Assembly: GCA_043228905.1 (NCBI GenBank)
Contig: JBHGNT010000012.1
Location: forward strand, 7,502,001 to 7,566,000
Direction: 5' to 3'
Length of the DNA stretch: 64,000 nt
From: Azolla caroliniana
Taxonomy: Eukaryota > Plantae > Polypodiophyta
In this document: positions 22,951-34,800 of the stretch, in pieces
Layout: every line of letters begins with the position of its first letter
How positions within the stretch are numbered: the stretch's first letter is position 1
The notes under the pieces: model-generated
Database searches by the model: none
Seen by the model: the letters and a program-made list of their open reading frames with translations, nothing else
Told to the model about the DNA's origin: nothing
Program-made: the position numbers and the translations under genes

Positions 22951-23496
22951 TCATTGTGCCAGGCAGGGGAGATGGCATCCACGTGGATAATGAGCCTCGT
23001 CAACATGTGGATGGAATACATGCAAGCCCAAGAGGTCTTTGGCAGGTATTGGATCATTGATCCACTTTGGGTGCAACTTGCCAAGCAAAGCTCCAAGGTG
23101 AATGACATCCTCAATTGTGTGCCTAAGCGAGATAATATTTTCATGCCCACATTTCACTTAGGCCATTGGATGCTTTGGACGAATACACGACATAATCCAA
23201 CTGGCGTGGATGCTTAGGAGGTGACCACCCTAGTAGTCTTTTGTGATTCATTGAATAATTTGGTGACTTGCCCCTTGAAGACTTCGATAAATATGGTGGT
23301 ACGGATAATCTATATTGTGCCTGAAGGCCATTGCATCCTAACTAAGGGAAGACATCACGAAATGCACATCCCAACGCAACCCAATGGAACCATCTGTGGT
23401 TATTTCATGATGCAAACAATTTGGATAATAGTTGAGGAGTTCATTCAAGGATTGGGATCTCTCGATTTTGTAAGTGTGGACCAAATTTGGATTTGA
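22951..23496 (+). pseudogene. Ulp1/SENP-like cysteine protease (peptidase C48) remnant
   Basis: VNMWMEY..IIDPLW, IFMPTFHLGHW, VFCDSL, PTQPNGTICGYFM give the His/Asp/Gln/Cys catalytic motif order. In-frame TAG at ~23215; preceded by a TTTTTGTAG acceptor. Confidence 0.65.
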
Positions 23497-25001
23497 GCAT
23501 TGGTTCTTAGAAGTATTATGTTGTAGGGTTCTGAGTATTGGTTTGGACATGACTATGACGAAATGGGTAGGGTTTTGAGTGTTGGTTCAAATGACTCTGG
23601 CGAAATGGGCACGTCGGGTTTTGGGGTTGACGCTTATTGAGTCGAGTGAGTCACAAAGATCCTTGATCTTCAAGGTGTAGCTTGTGATGGACATATCCCT
23701 TTGTTGAATATTATTCAACTCTTGGCAAAGTTGAAGCTTTCTTGCGGTTGTATTGGCCACGAAAATCTTCCTAAGATTCTCCCATGTTTCCTTCGGCATC
23801 TTGGCTTCACGAATTTAGCCACACATATGGTCATGGACAAATGTCACCAAGCAATACATCAGTTGACTTGCGGCTTGCTCCCATGTTGAGGATTCGGGAG
23901 TCGTTGGGTCGGGTCAATTTTCTTGAGCTCATTTGATGTAGCTCCAATAACCTTGGCTGACAAGGTATTGGTGCATCTTGTACTCCCAAGATGCAAAGTT
24001 GTTTCTATCCAACTTCTCGCTAGGGAGAGCGCTCCCATTTGAGTATTCACTACGTCGATGTAGATTTCTTTCCTTCTTCTTCTCTCTTGAATACGAGCTA
24101 TGTAGTCGCACTACGATAGCGATGAGCCGGTTCGTCTTGAACGTCAGCGTAGAAAACAACACATGTGAATGGGCTAGAATGAACTACCAAATCGCTTTGA
24201 TACCATGTAAAGAATCGATGGTGATTCTGTGCAGTGGAATACATTAGAGATGTGTTGTGTGTGTGTGTGTTTGAGAAGAGGAGAGGAGAGAGACACAAAA
24301 TAGATAGAATGGAAAATAGAATACTTAAGAAATTGTATATTACAAAGGAGATTAACCAACACCATAGAATGACATATTCGCATTCATGGGGTTTCCCATT
24401 TTCAAATACGAATACGAATGCATGGTCCAATATTCGTTTAACAAAAAAAATAAAAAAATAGAGTACATGAACTCCCTCTTTTTTAGTTTCCTAGGATATA
24501 AAAAAAGGGACTTGACATTAAAAAGGGGACAATAAAAGTGGGACTTTACACTAATAAAATTTTATAGTAAATGTAGAAGTATTCGTTTTATTTTTAATAA
24601 ATAAATAAAATAAAATAAAGGTTCGTTAATTCCTCAGTTTTTCTCTCTTAAAATTTATGGATATTTTTATCTGACATTAAAAATGGGACTTCACACTAAT
24701 CATACATATTGTTAGGTAGTGAGACAAGAATGGGTCTAGTTAGTTAGGCATAGTGCCAAGAAGTGAAAGTTGTAACTAACATGAATATAAATAGAAACAA
24801 AGGATGTTAGGACCCTTTTTGGAGCCTATTTGGTGTATGTCACATTCGTGGACATAACGGGCTCTTGCCACGACGTCTGAAGGTGTAGAGTACTCCAACC
24901 GACCTCTTGATGAAGCACAACAAGCTGACAACGAACTCTTCTCATTAATAGCCAATATTCGCCTCCGGGTCACCATCCACAACACAAAGATTTCATACAC
25001 A

Positions 25002-25973
25002 ATGCAGCAACCACAAGGGGATGACACTGTCAGCATGCAACCTGAATTCATAGAACACACACAGGTTAATCCCGCCATGGAGCAGATGTTTCAAGTGATG
25101 TCAACAATGATGATGCAAGTAAATCATACAAACCAAACACTTATGACATGGCTTACAAATCAATCCGATGGGATAACGACCAAAAAACAGAAAGATTCTA
25201 GAATCGACCAAATCCTTCTCGGGTCTTCCAACCGAAGATGTTCTAGCATGGTTGATCATTTCAACAACGTGGCGAGTTATCATGAATGGCACGACGAAAG
25301 AAAGGCGTTAGAATTGCGAACGGTGCTAGAGCATGTTGCCGCCACATGGTTCATTCAACAACCCGAGGAAATCAAACAAAATTGGACCTACTTACGCAAG
25401 CAACTCATACAACACTTCGCAAACAACAACGTCACACAAACAACTCTCCAACAATTAAACAATTTATGTCAACATGCACATGAACCGGTGACACAATTCG
25501 CCGTCAAAATGAAACAGTTGTTGCTGCGTGTCGACCCCCATATGAAGGAGACCATGAAGCTCTATTTTCTACTACCACGAATACGCCATGACATATACCG
25601 TCGTGTCAGAGACCAAGGCCCAACGTCATTCCAGATGGTTGTGCAAATCGCACAACGAATTGAAGCACCGAATTACATCGACCTATCACAGCCGACACCA
25701 CCTGCAAATAACAATATTCAAAAGACAACGATGGAGCCAACCGCTAGTCCGATGGATGAAGTTATCCAAAATGTACAATTCAACACCAAAAAGAGCTTAC
25801 CATATAGAGACAATCATGGTAAGCCCCATTGTTTCTATTGTAATGGGTATGACCATGTTAAAAAATATTGCAGGAAGTTTGCAACCTCTAAACATCATCA
25901 AAATGTACAAATTCAATTGGCCGACGTTGCATCATTCACCATGGAACAGGGAAACAACCAAGCGGGATGTTGA
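25002..25973 (+). pseudogene. gag of element D
   Basis: Retrotransposon gag core (AATWF..NWTYLRKQLIQHF..LCQHAHEPVTQF) and degenerate knuckle CFYCNGYDHVKKYC. Confidence 0.8.
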
Positions 25974-26148
25974 CAGAAGAGCAACTCCCGCACATTCAAG
26001 CCGCAACCTCTTCTGGACGTATGGTCTGTTCCACAATAGCACAAATAGATAACACATCACATGAAGCCCTTTTAGATTCAGGAAGCACCATATTTTCAAT
26101 TAGTATAGATTTAGATTCACGAATATAGTCGCGGATTCGTTATCCCAA

Positions 26149-27360
26149 ATGGAGTATCGAGCCTCCCAATTCAGCATACAAAAGGATGAGCCCCCGGTTC
26201 ACCCCCAGCAAGTCGCGGAAGAGATTATCCTACAAATCCAAGAAGGTAGGCAAAGTCACATCCATCGTAATTTTATAATTATTAATAACATTTTACATTT
26301 TGTAAGCCAAGGTCAACCACCACGAGTCTACATACCAAAGGCTCTTCGTTCAAGCTATCTAGAGTTCTACCATAGTAGTCAACTCACCGGGCACTTCGGA
26401 TTCCACAAGTTGTTACATTGCATTCAATCCCTCTACTATTGACCCAAGCTCCATCAATCCATCTCTCAATTCTTGAAAGCATGCCCAACATGTCAATCAA
26501 TGAAGGCTCCTCAACAATCGTATGGGACATTACACCCCATAGAAGTTACCGAGCCCGTCGAGTTGGTGGGATGGGACCTAATGGGCCCTTTCCCTACATC
26601 AATTCATGGCAATAAATACATTTTGGTAATAACTGAATACCTAACCCGCTAGTGTGAGGCAATTGCCCTATCCAATGCCATGGCTAGTTCGGTCAGAGTT
26701 ATTTTTCCTCATGGTTGCCCGCACCAACTGTTGTCGGACCAAGGATCACAGTTCCGCAGCGAGGTTATTCGCATACTTAGCCACAGCTTGGGCATCACGC
26801 AAATCTTCACATTGTCGTATTATCTGCAGTCTAACGAGCTCACCGAACAATTAAACAAGTAATCTCAACATATGTGGATCCATTACACCAATCATGGGAT
26901 CAAGTTTTACCCTTTGTTGTCCATGCATACAATACCTCGGTACATGTATCTACTCGCATTAGCCCCTTTCGGGCATTGTATGGTTGCGATCCACGACTGC
27001 CGCTAGACATACATACCCCGTAAAAGTCCAACCTCGCCACACGGATGCAATTTAATGGTGGTTGCACCTCCAGACGCACAACCACTATTGCGACGCGCAA
27101 TCCAACACAACCTGCGCATGGCCCAACAACTACGGAAAAAACATTTCGATGCTTCTCATACGTCGCTCGAGTTACAAGTAGGAGAAACAGTCTGAGTATA
27201 CTACCCGATTCGCAAGCCCAGACTTTGCAAATCATTCATGCATAGATGGTTAGGACCCTACACAGTTTTGGCACGCATCAGACCATAGACATATCGTTTG
27301 CGACGCACATCAAATTCTTCAGAGACAGTAGCTCACATATGCCGCATTAAACGCGTACCT
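26149..27360 (+). pseudogene. integrase remnant of element D
   Basis: GHFGFHK..CPTCQ..GWDLMGPFP..GNKYILVITEYLTR..LLSDQGSQF..WDQVLPFVVHAYNT read across frameshifts. Confidence 0.8.
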
Positions 27361-28189
27361 GTAGCTACCCCGGAGGTAGGTGACGAGCGATCAACCAAGG
27401 ATCATATTAGAGACGCCCACGAGGTCTCTACATTCATTATAAAGATTGGGTTTTTACTTTTCAAAAAGGGGGGGAGAAAGAGGAGGGTTGGATAAACCCT
27501 AGCACCCTTTTTCAAAAAGGGGGAAGTGTTAGGTAGTGAGACAAGAATGGGTCTAGTTAGTTAGGCGTAGCACCAAGAAGTGAAAGTTGTAACTAACATG
27601 ACTATAAATAGAAACAAAGGATGTCCAATGAGGGACCCTTTTTGGAGCCTATTTGTGTATGTCACAATATTTCTATAATAAATATAAAAACATTCGTTTT
27701 TTTTAAATAAAGGTTCATAAACTCTCCCCTTTTTTATTTGACACTAGTGATAAAGGAAAGTTAATACTAATCATATTTTTATAATCTATTAATGAATGAT
27801 TATTCTTTTTTACTGAATTAAATTTATTTATTGTTTAAATAATTAATTAATTAATTTTTTGCATATTTATTTTGCAAAACGAATGGTTTTATAATATTCT
27901 TAGGGCAATTTCGTATTCTTGATATTTCAGAATATCACGCATGTGCTAATCAATGACCAACACATTACAAAGTAGGAGTGTGCTTTATATAGTCACCCTC
28001 TCTCTTCATTAACTACCGAAGCTCATCAATCATGGGGAGTGTGGAAACTCATTAGTTATGTGTCATAGAATATGATTCTATGACACATAGTTAATGTGTA
28101 GAGAGTAGTGGTGACTTTTGACCTTAGAGTGCTCATAGATTCTCAAGATGTGTTCACAAACTAGTCTAGGTTGAGCTCAATTATCAACA

Positions 28190-28972
28190 ACTTTGTAAAA
28201 TTAGGTAGGGAATTCCAACGAAGGAGGAATCCAATTATGCCGATTGCAACTAAGGTATGGTTAAATAATAATATTCCTATGCATTCAGTATTGGCATTTT
28301 GGAAATGGTTGTGGGCTCTACAAATTCCTCGCAAAATCATTACATTTAGATGGTTATGTGTCCACTATGCACTTCCAGTCTTGGAATGGATGCATAGGGA
28401 AGAGGGAACCAAAACTTGCTTTTTTTGTGGGCTTCATTTGGAATCAATACAGCATGCCTTATGGAATTGTATGGCTGCATGTTCTATTTGGAAACGTATG
28501 TTGCGCCTCATTGATGTTGCGTATGGACCTAATGTGATTACATGGGGAAATGTCTTTTGGATGGATGTAAATGTGGATAAGCATAATTATGAAAGGGAAA
28601 ATATACTATTTACCCTTCAAACTAGGAGAAGGCAAGTTAAGGACATACCATACTCAAGCTCAAATCGGCTAAATGTGGATGCCATAGTATGGGCTACAAT
28701 ATCATCGGTGGTTCTATGGAATATTTGGATAGATAGATGTAAAAATGTGTTTCGGCAAATAAAGCAAAATATTGTTTATTGTGTGAAAGAAATTTGGTCA
28801 ATGCTTATTTCAATTTTAAAAGGTCAATATGACTCCTTCACTGGTAATGAAGATATGATTTTTCTGAAACAATGATCCTTTAAAGGCAAGTGGAAGGATT
28901 TGTTCATTTTTGTGGTGAGAAATGACAAAATGGATTGGCAATATGTACCCCCTTGATGGTTGTTTCCTCCAT
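28190..28972 (+). mobile_element. LINE (L1-like) ORF2 3' end with zf-RVT domain
   Basis: FWKWLWALQIPRKIITFRW..CFFCGLHLESIQHALWNC..IW..LWNIWIDRC. Confidence 0.82.
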
Positions 28973-30805
28973 AAGTGGAGGTTGGTTTCAATTATGACAT
29001 TACATTACATTGTAAGAACATTTTGTATATGAACCATTTTGTACATGGTATATTTAAAATTCATTGTATAAATGATTCATATTAATGAGGAAGCAAATTT
29101 GAAATATTTTGTATATGGTGTCAAAGTGTATATATGTGATTCCACATTGGGAATCTGGTGTCAAAGTGTACATGTGGTGATTGTTGTCAAGATGTATATA
29201 TTGTATTTTGAAATCATGACATGGATATGTTTTTTGGGCCATATTTTCATTAGCCCATATCAAGCAGTGGCCTGACTCGAAGGGAGGAGCCCAACTCAAA
29301 GAAAGGAGCTTGACTCACTTAAAGGAGCCCCACTCGAAGGTAAGAGCTTGACTCGTTAATAAAGAGCATGACCAAATTGACAACAATCGACCAACTTCTT
29401 GTAATTATTGTTTTTCAACAATCATTTTGGCCACATGTTTCAGAAAGAATAATCACTTTATATCACATAGAATAATTTCACTCAAACATCCTACTTGCTA
29501 TCATACAAAACAATTACACTCAAACATCATTCATTGTATCACAATGAATAATTGCACTCAAACATTGTCACCTTTTGTTGTGTCAGTTCCACACTAAAAA
29601 ATCATGGGTGGACAACTTGTTGCCCAAAGTAAGTCCTACCAAGTGAAACCACCTCTATCAAAAGATGTGTCAACTCATGCACTGCATTGGAATCCACCTT
29701 CAATGTTATGTGTGAGGAGTTAAAGGTAGAATATGAGGACAAACTTTGTGTTTGGCAATATATAGGAGGATGGTGTTGCCTAACTCTTGTTTGGAGGAAT
29801 CTATGACGCAAGTTTGGTAGATTATGCAACTACGGACATGTTGACACTACCAATATTGTGGAAAGACATTAGCAGTTTATCAAGTACACTGCCTTGAGAG
29901 GAAGAATAAACCGGTCTATTAACGATCTTGTGCATGTCTTAATTGGGGACAATGAAACCAACACTTGCATCGGAGGGACAATCGTTGTAGAATGGTACAT
30001 GCAACAACAAGAAATATGTGAGAGTGGTAGATTTTTGCCCCATGCAAATTGTCGAGATCAAAGGTCAAGACTTACCACAATACTACGGATGTGCAAGTCG
30101 GGTTAGTAGGGAGTTGCCAATATGTGAGATTGAGAAGGTTCGGTGTTTGCATTGTGATGGCTTGACCTTGACTTGAAGGGACTCAAATTGTTGATTGATG
30201 CGAAAATTGTGGTTGCATTTTGCCATCCTCCCCACGCAAGTCATAATCTCAACTTTTGTATGGATTCATATTTCATTTCTCGGTTTTTGGTCTTTGATTT
30301 TGGGGATTTTCAGTCCCCAAAATTAGTAATAGATAGCTTGTGATCTTGGAAGCTTTTTGTGGCCGGAAATTTGTGTAATATATTTAAAACAAATTTTTGG
30401 TTTGTGGTTGAAATTTTTGGTGCTTGAAACATAATTGGTGGCTGAAATTTTAATGTTTTGGTGAAGTCTCAGACAGAATGGTGTTTGGAATGATTTCTGA
30501 CTTTTTGTTTTACATTGGGAAGATGATTTGCATGTGTTTTAAAAATTTTAATGGTGGAAGTTCTATATATTTAGAACCCATAGATCTTGATATCGTAATT
30601 TTTTTTAAACTCAGTAAAGTTTTTTGAAGGTTTTGATGTCGGGCTCCTGCCTTGAGTTGGTCGGGCTACTGGTGACAGACGCTGTTAGAGTTGGGCGATC
30701 GAAAACTCATGCGCTTTTTTGGATAAACATTAGACAGTGCAGATCGTGGCCGCGATTCCCTCACCAAGCCTCTTTATGATTTGGGTGAAAATAGTTAGGA
30801 GCCGT

Positions 30806-31370
30806 ACGTACACACATACCAACATACATGCACACACACACACACACACACACATATACATGTGCATGTGCATATACACATATGCATTATGTATGCATAT
30901 ACATACATCTATACGTATAAATGTATAAGAACACATTATACACATACGTATGCATATGTATGCATATACATACACCTATACATATAAATGTATAAGAATG
31001 CATTATTCATTCATTTTTTTTGTTCTAGTTTTGGCTAATTTAAGTTTTATACACCTAGTCATAGGTATGCATATACATACACCTATACATATAAATGTAT
31101 AAGAATGCATTATTTATTCATTTTTTTTGTTCTAGTTTTGGCTAATTTAAGTTTTTACATATACATATATATATACATATTTACATATACATACATAAAT
31201 ACATATATACATAAATACGTACATATATTAATTATACATATTTACATACATACATAAATACATATACATACATATACGGTATACGGTATACGTATAGATA
31301 TATAAGTATACGCATTAATACGTGTATAAGAACAAAATCCTTCTTACATACATACATATATATAGATATT
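30806..31370. repeat. (CA/TA)-rich simple repeat with a ~92-bp direct duplication (30958-31049 / 31065-31157) upstream of the GATA gene
   Basis: Directly visible in the sequence. Confidence 0.8.
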
Positions 31371-31898
31371 TTTTGTTCTAAAGAGTTTTGGCTAATTTTC
31401 GTGTAGCGCTAAAAGCTTCCATGGCCAAGGATCCCGTTCTCTTTGCCGTTTGTCTTCTTCACTGTGTCACCTAGCTCGCCATAGCCTTCTTCTGTCTCTC
31501 TAACCCTAACCCTATTCCTTCTCATCTCCTTTTCTTCATATACCTATACATACATTTGTACCTTTGTTACACACACATGAAGCCACGCCTGGAACGGTAA
31601 GTGATTCGCATCTTTGCCAGCCATTTCCATCTCTTTCTCTCTTTGCATTTACGCACTTACCTTGCACTGAGAAAATCCCCTTACACAAAGATGTAGCCAA
31701 ACTTTGGTTTGGTTTCTTTTGTTTTTGGTACCTTTTTTTTTACTCGAATGCTTTCTCTCTTTTCTAGTCTTCCATTGTCCCTTATGGAAATGTATTCTTT
31801 TTCTTTGGTGGATAGTTCAAGAAAGAAAATCAGATATTGGTGGATTTCGTAGCCTTATCAAGGATTTTCAGTGAAGTTTCAATATGCAGAAACGAATA

Positions 31899-34800
31899 AT
31901 GGGAAAACAAGGGCCTTGCTGCCATTGTGGAATCTCCAGTAAGTGGTGAAACTGCCATTTTTATCTCCTCATTGTTTTCTGTCATTGCTGTATTGGAAAC
32001 AAGACAATATTTTTTTCCTTTTTTGCGACATTATTACATTTTTTTAATGTAATTTATGCATGCAATGCGTTGCTCAGGAAACATTTTCTTTACTAATCAT
32101 GGGAGAATTTTCATGCATGACATTATGGGAAATTATGAGAAAATCTGTAAGCTTTTTATAGAAAATTATGAGGAAATTCAACCAATGCTAGAAATTTTGT
32201 TGGAATTTTTCTATATTTCTATGGGAATTTGTTCCATTTAATGGAAATTTTTAATTGGGAAGTTCAAAATCTGACTGTGTTTTTTCCTTGTTCCCAAATA
32301 CCCAGCCTATTGCAATCAAGGATGCATTTAATATCTATATGAGCGAAAACACATATATTCATGTCCACATATGTTTTCATTATTCCGGAAGTATATAATG
32401 TGACTGACACATTCAAAAGAAGTTGAGACTTGACCCTATGTTTTACACATTCAAAAGAAGTTGTGACTTGACCCTATGTCTTTTTCAATGAGTAAGATTT
32501 ACATACACATACATGCATTCATGGTATGGATGTCTGTACTACGCACATTCACAAGCACATTTTTGATACATTAATATATTGGAAAGAACTGAATGCACTT
32601 GCTATGCACATGCACATATGCATGTCCACTTTTTTAATTCCATTTATGTATTGGAAAAAGAAAATAACTGGTGAATAATCATATTTTCGTTTTTGTTTTT
32701 TTACCAATTATTGATGTAATTGATGCCTCGTCTGTGTTAAGAAAAACAGAACTAAGTGGTAAAACAATCGCTTTTCTTCCTTTTCTATTATTGTCGGATT
32801 TTAATCTATGCATATAATTCATTTTCTGGGAAAATTTTCTTTACTAATTGAAGCTCAGATCTTTTTCATGCAAGAGAAATAATAGCAAATTCTGAAAATA
32901 TTTTTAGATAATTATGAGCAAATACTGCCAATTTATAGGAAATTTATATATTTCTCTGGGGCTTTGTTCCATTTAAAATCATTTCAATTGGCTAGCCAAA
33001 AAATCCAAATGACATTTTACCTTGTTCTCTTAACACTAAGTCTATCCCATAAGGATGCATTCAGTTCCTACATGCACACACATTCATGTCTACATATTTT
33101 CATTATTATTATTATTTTGAAAAAAGATATTCCATTAGTATTAAGAAACACCCTGAGGCTGTACAAGAAACTACATGCATACAGGTTATTACCCTTTTTT
33201 GTTAACCTGAGTTTAAGTTCTAGCCATAGTATGAACCATACGTACCATTCGCGTAAGAAAAACACCCTCAAAGAATGATAAATACCATACTTTTGGATTA
33301 ACTATTTATTATGATGTAAATAAGCCTAAAAAATAGAAAAAAACATTAAAAAAATGGGAAAAACAAAAAAAACACAAGAATGTTTGAATAACATTCGCAT
33401 TCGTTTTCCAACATAGGAAAACGAATGTTATGAACTTCTAGCTATCGCCTTAAATAAATATTTCGGTGTAGAGTAAATTTGCTCCAGCTTATCAACAGAC
33501 TGCATATAAAATATAATATTGTCCCTTATGGCATGAAACTTCAAATGTTGTAATTCTGCCTATTGAGTGTCATCTTTTATGTTATCCAAAGAAAGTCTTA
33601 GATTATGCACAATCTTTGTCTGAATTCCGGTAACTGTTGACGATACCTTTCTGTCGCATTTTGGAATACCTTCAAGCATGTGGCCTTCCACATATACCAA
33701 ATCGTAATACTACTTACGCCCATATTTCAGTTTTACCTGCGCAATTTATAGATTCGAGGGCATATTTGTTTTTTTTGCGTCAGATCATATCTCAGAGAAA
33801 TAGCATCTGCAACATCTTACTTCTCATACAACATTGGTTGCCCTTGTGCAACTGCCCACAATGCTTCACCCCACCTGTATACCACTAGAGGATATACTGA
33901 TATTAATAGTTTTAAGATTCTTTTCCATATTGAGTTGTTGTGGACAGATTCCATTCTTTCTCCAGAAAACATTTGCAGTTGGGTCCTTCCTTGGCCTAGC
34001 ACATAATAGTTTCCTCCCAATGGTCACGAAATACTAAAAAAGAAAGGCACCTGTTTTATCTGATCTTGAAACAACACTTTCCAATAAAGTTCTCCATGAT
34101 AATAAGTTAACATAGGTACATATTTTCATTATTCAGTAAGTTTATAATGTGATACATTCAAAAGAAGTGGAATCCTGGCCCCATATTTTTTCAATGATTT
34201 GATTGTACATAGAAATACATAGTCATACATGTATGCATTTACTCTGCACATTCACATACACGCTTACCTTACATGCATGCCACAAATTTGGTAAGTTTAT
34301 GATGTGAGACGTCCAAACGTACTTTTCAGGGAATAGGCTGTAGAAACACATACATACATTCATGTGTGGATGAACTTACATGCACATGAACATAGACATA
34401 CCATATATACATGTCATAAACTTGACAAGTTTATAATGATGAGAAATCCAAAGAAGTGGAATCGTGGCTGGATGCACTTATGATGCACATGTACATGCAC
34501 GTGTATATAGACATACCATATAGACATGTCATAAACAATTGGTAAGTTTATAATTTGACAAATCCAAAAGAAGTGGAATTGTGGCCTGATATTTTATGAA
34601 CTTGAACTGTATATAGCATGGACATACAACATACAAAATTTCATGTAAGGATAAACATACAATCCACATGCACATATACAGATATACGCTCATCTGTACA
34701 TATTTGAAAATTCAGTTCAAAGAACGCTAAATCTTGCCCTGGTTTATATGGATTTGCAACAAATATGATGGACAATCCTATGTATGTTTGCTGAAAATTG

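Larger units (their letters stand above)
24710..27666 (+). mobile_element. Short-LTR Ty3/gypsy element D with RT/RNase H deleted; LTRs 24710-24844 and 27527-27666
   Basis: ~135-140-bp LTRs TGTTAGG..GTCACA; PPT AAAAAGGGGGAAG; 4-bp TSD ATAT; gag, protease LLDSGS and integrase remnants. Confidence 0.88.
24363..27955. mobile_element. hAT-like non-autonomous DNA transposon (host of gypsy D)
   Basis: 8-bp TSD ACCAACAC (24355-24362, 27956-27963). Imperfect TIRs CATAGAATGACA / CATTGATTAGCA. AT-rich body with ATTCG/CGAAT subterminal motifs. Confidence 0.7.
23625..28189 (-). mobile_element. Truncated Ty1/copia: 5' LTR (24206-28189, split by hAT-like insertion), PBS 24194-24205, gag fragment
   Basis: PBS TGGTATCAAAGC. 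Gag EKLDRNNFASWEYKMHQYL..ANTTARKLQL is related to the element at 1-2965. The LTR halves rejoin to match solo LTR 15789-16241. Confidence 0.85.

Noticed and set aside
15789-28189. ~270-bp inverted repeats as TIRs of a 12-kb Mutator-like element carrying Ulp1
   Set aside because: The left copy is a solo LTR with its own ATTCC TSD, and the right copy is a copia 5' LTR next to a PBS. They are two independent insertions.
29200-30750. Short ORFs and repeats as a gene or transposase remnant
   Set aside because: No recognisable motifs, termini or TSD could be established by eye.
33398-33441. Hairpin plus CTAG as a Helitron 3' end
   Set aside because: The CTAG belongs to a TTCTAGC duplication also present at the left boundary and is not followed by T; a hAT-like MITE fits better.
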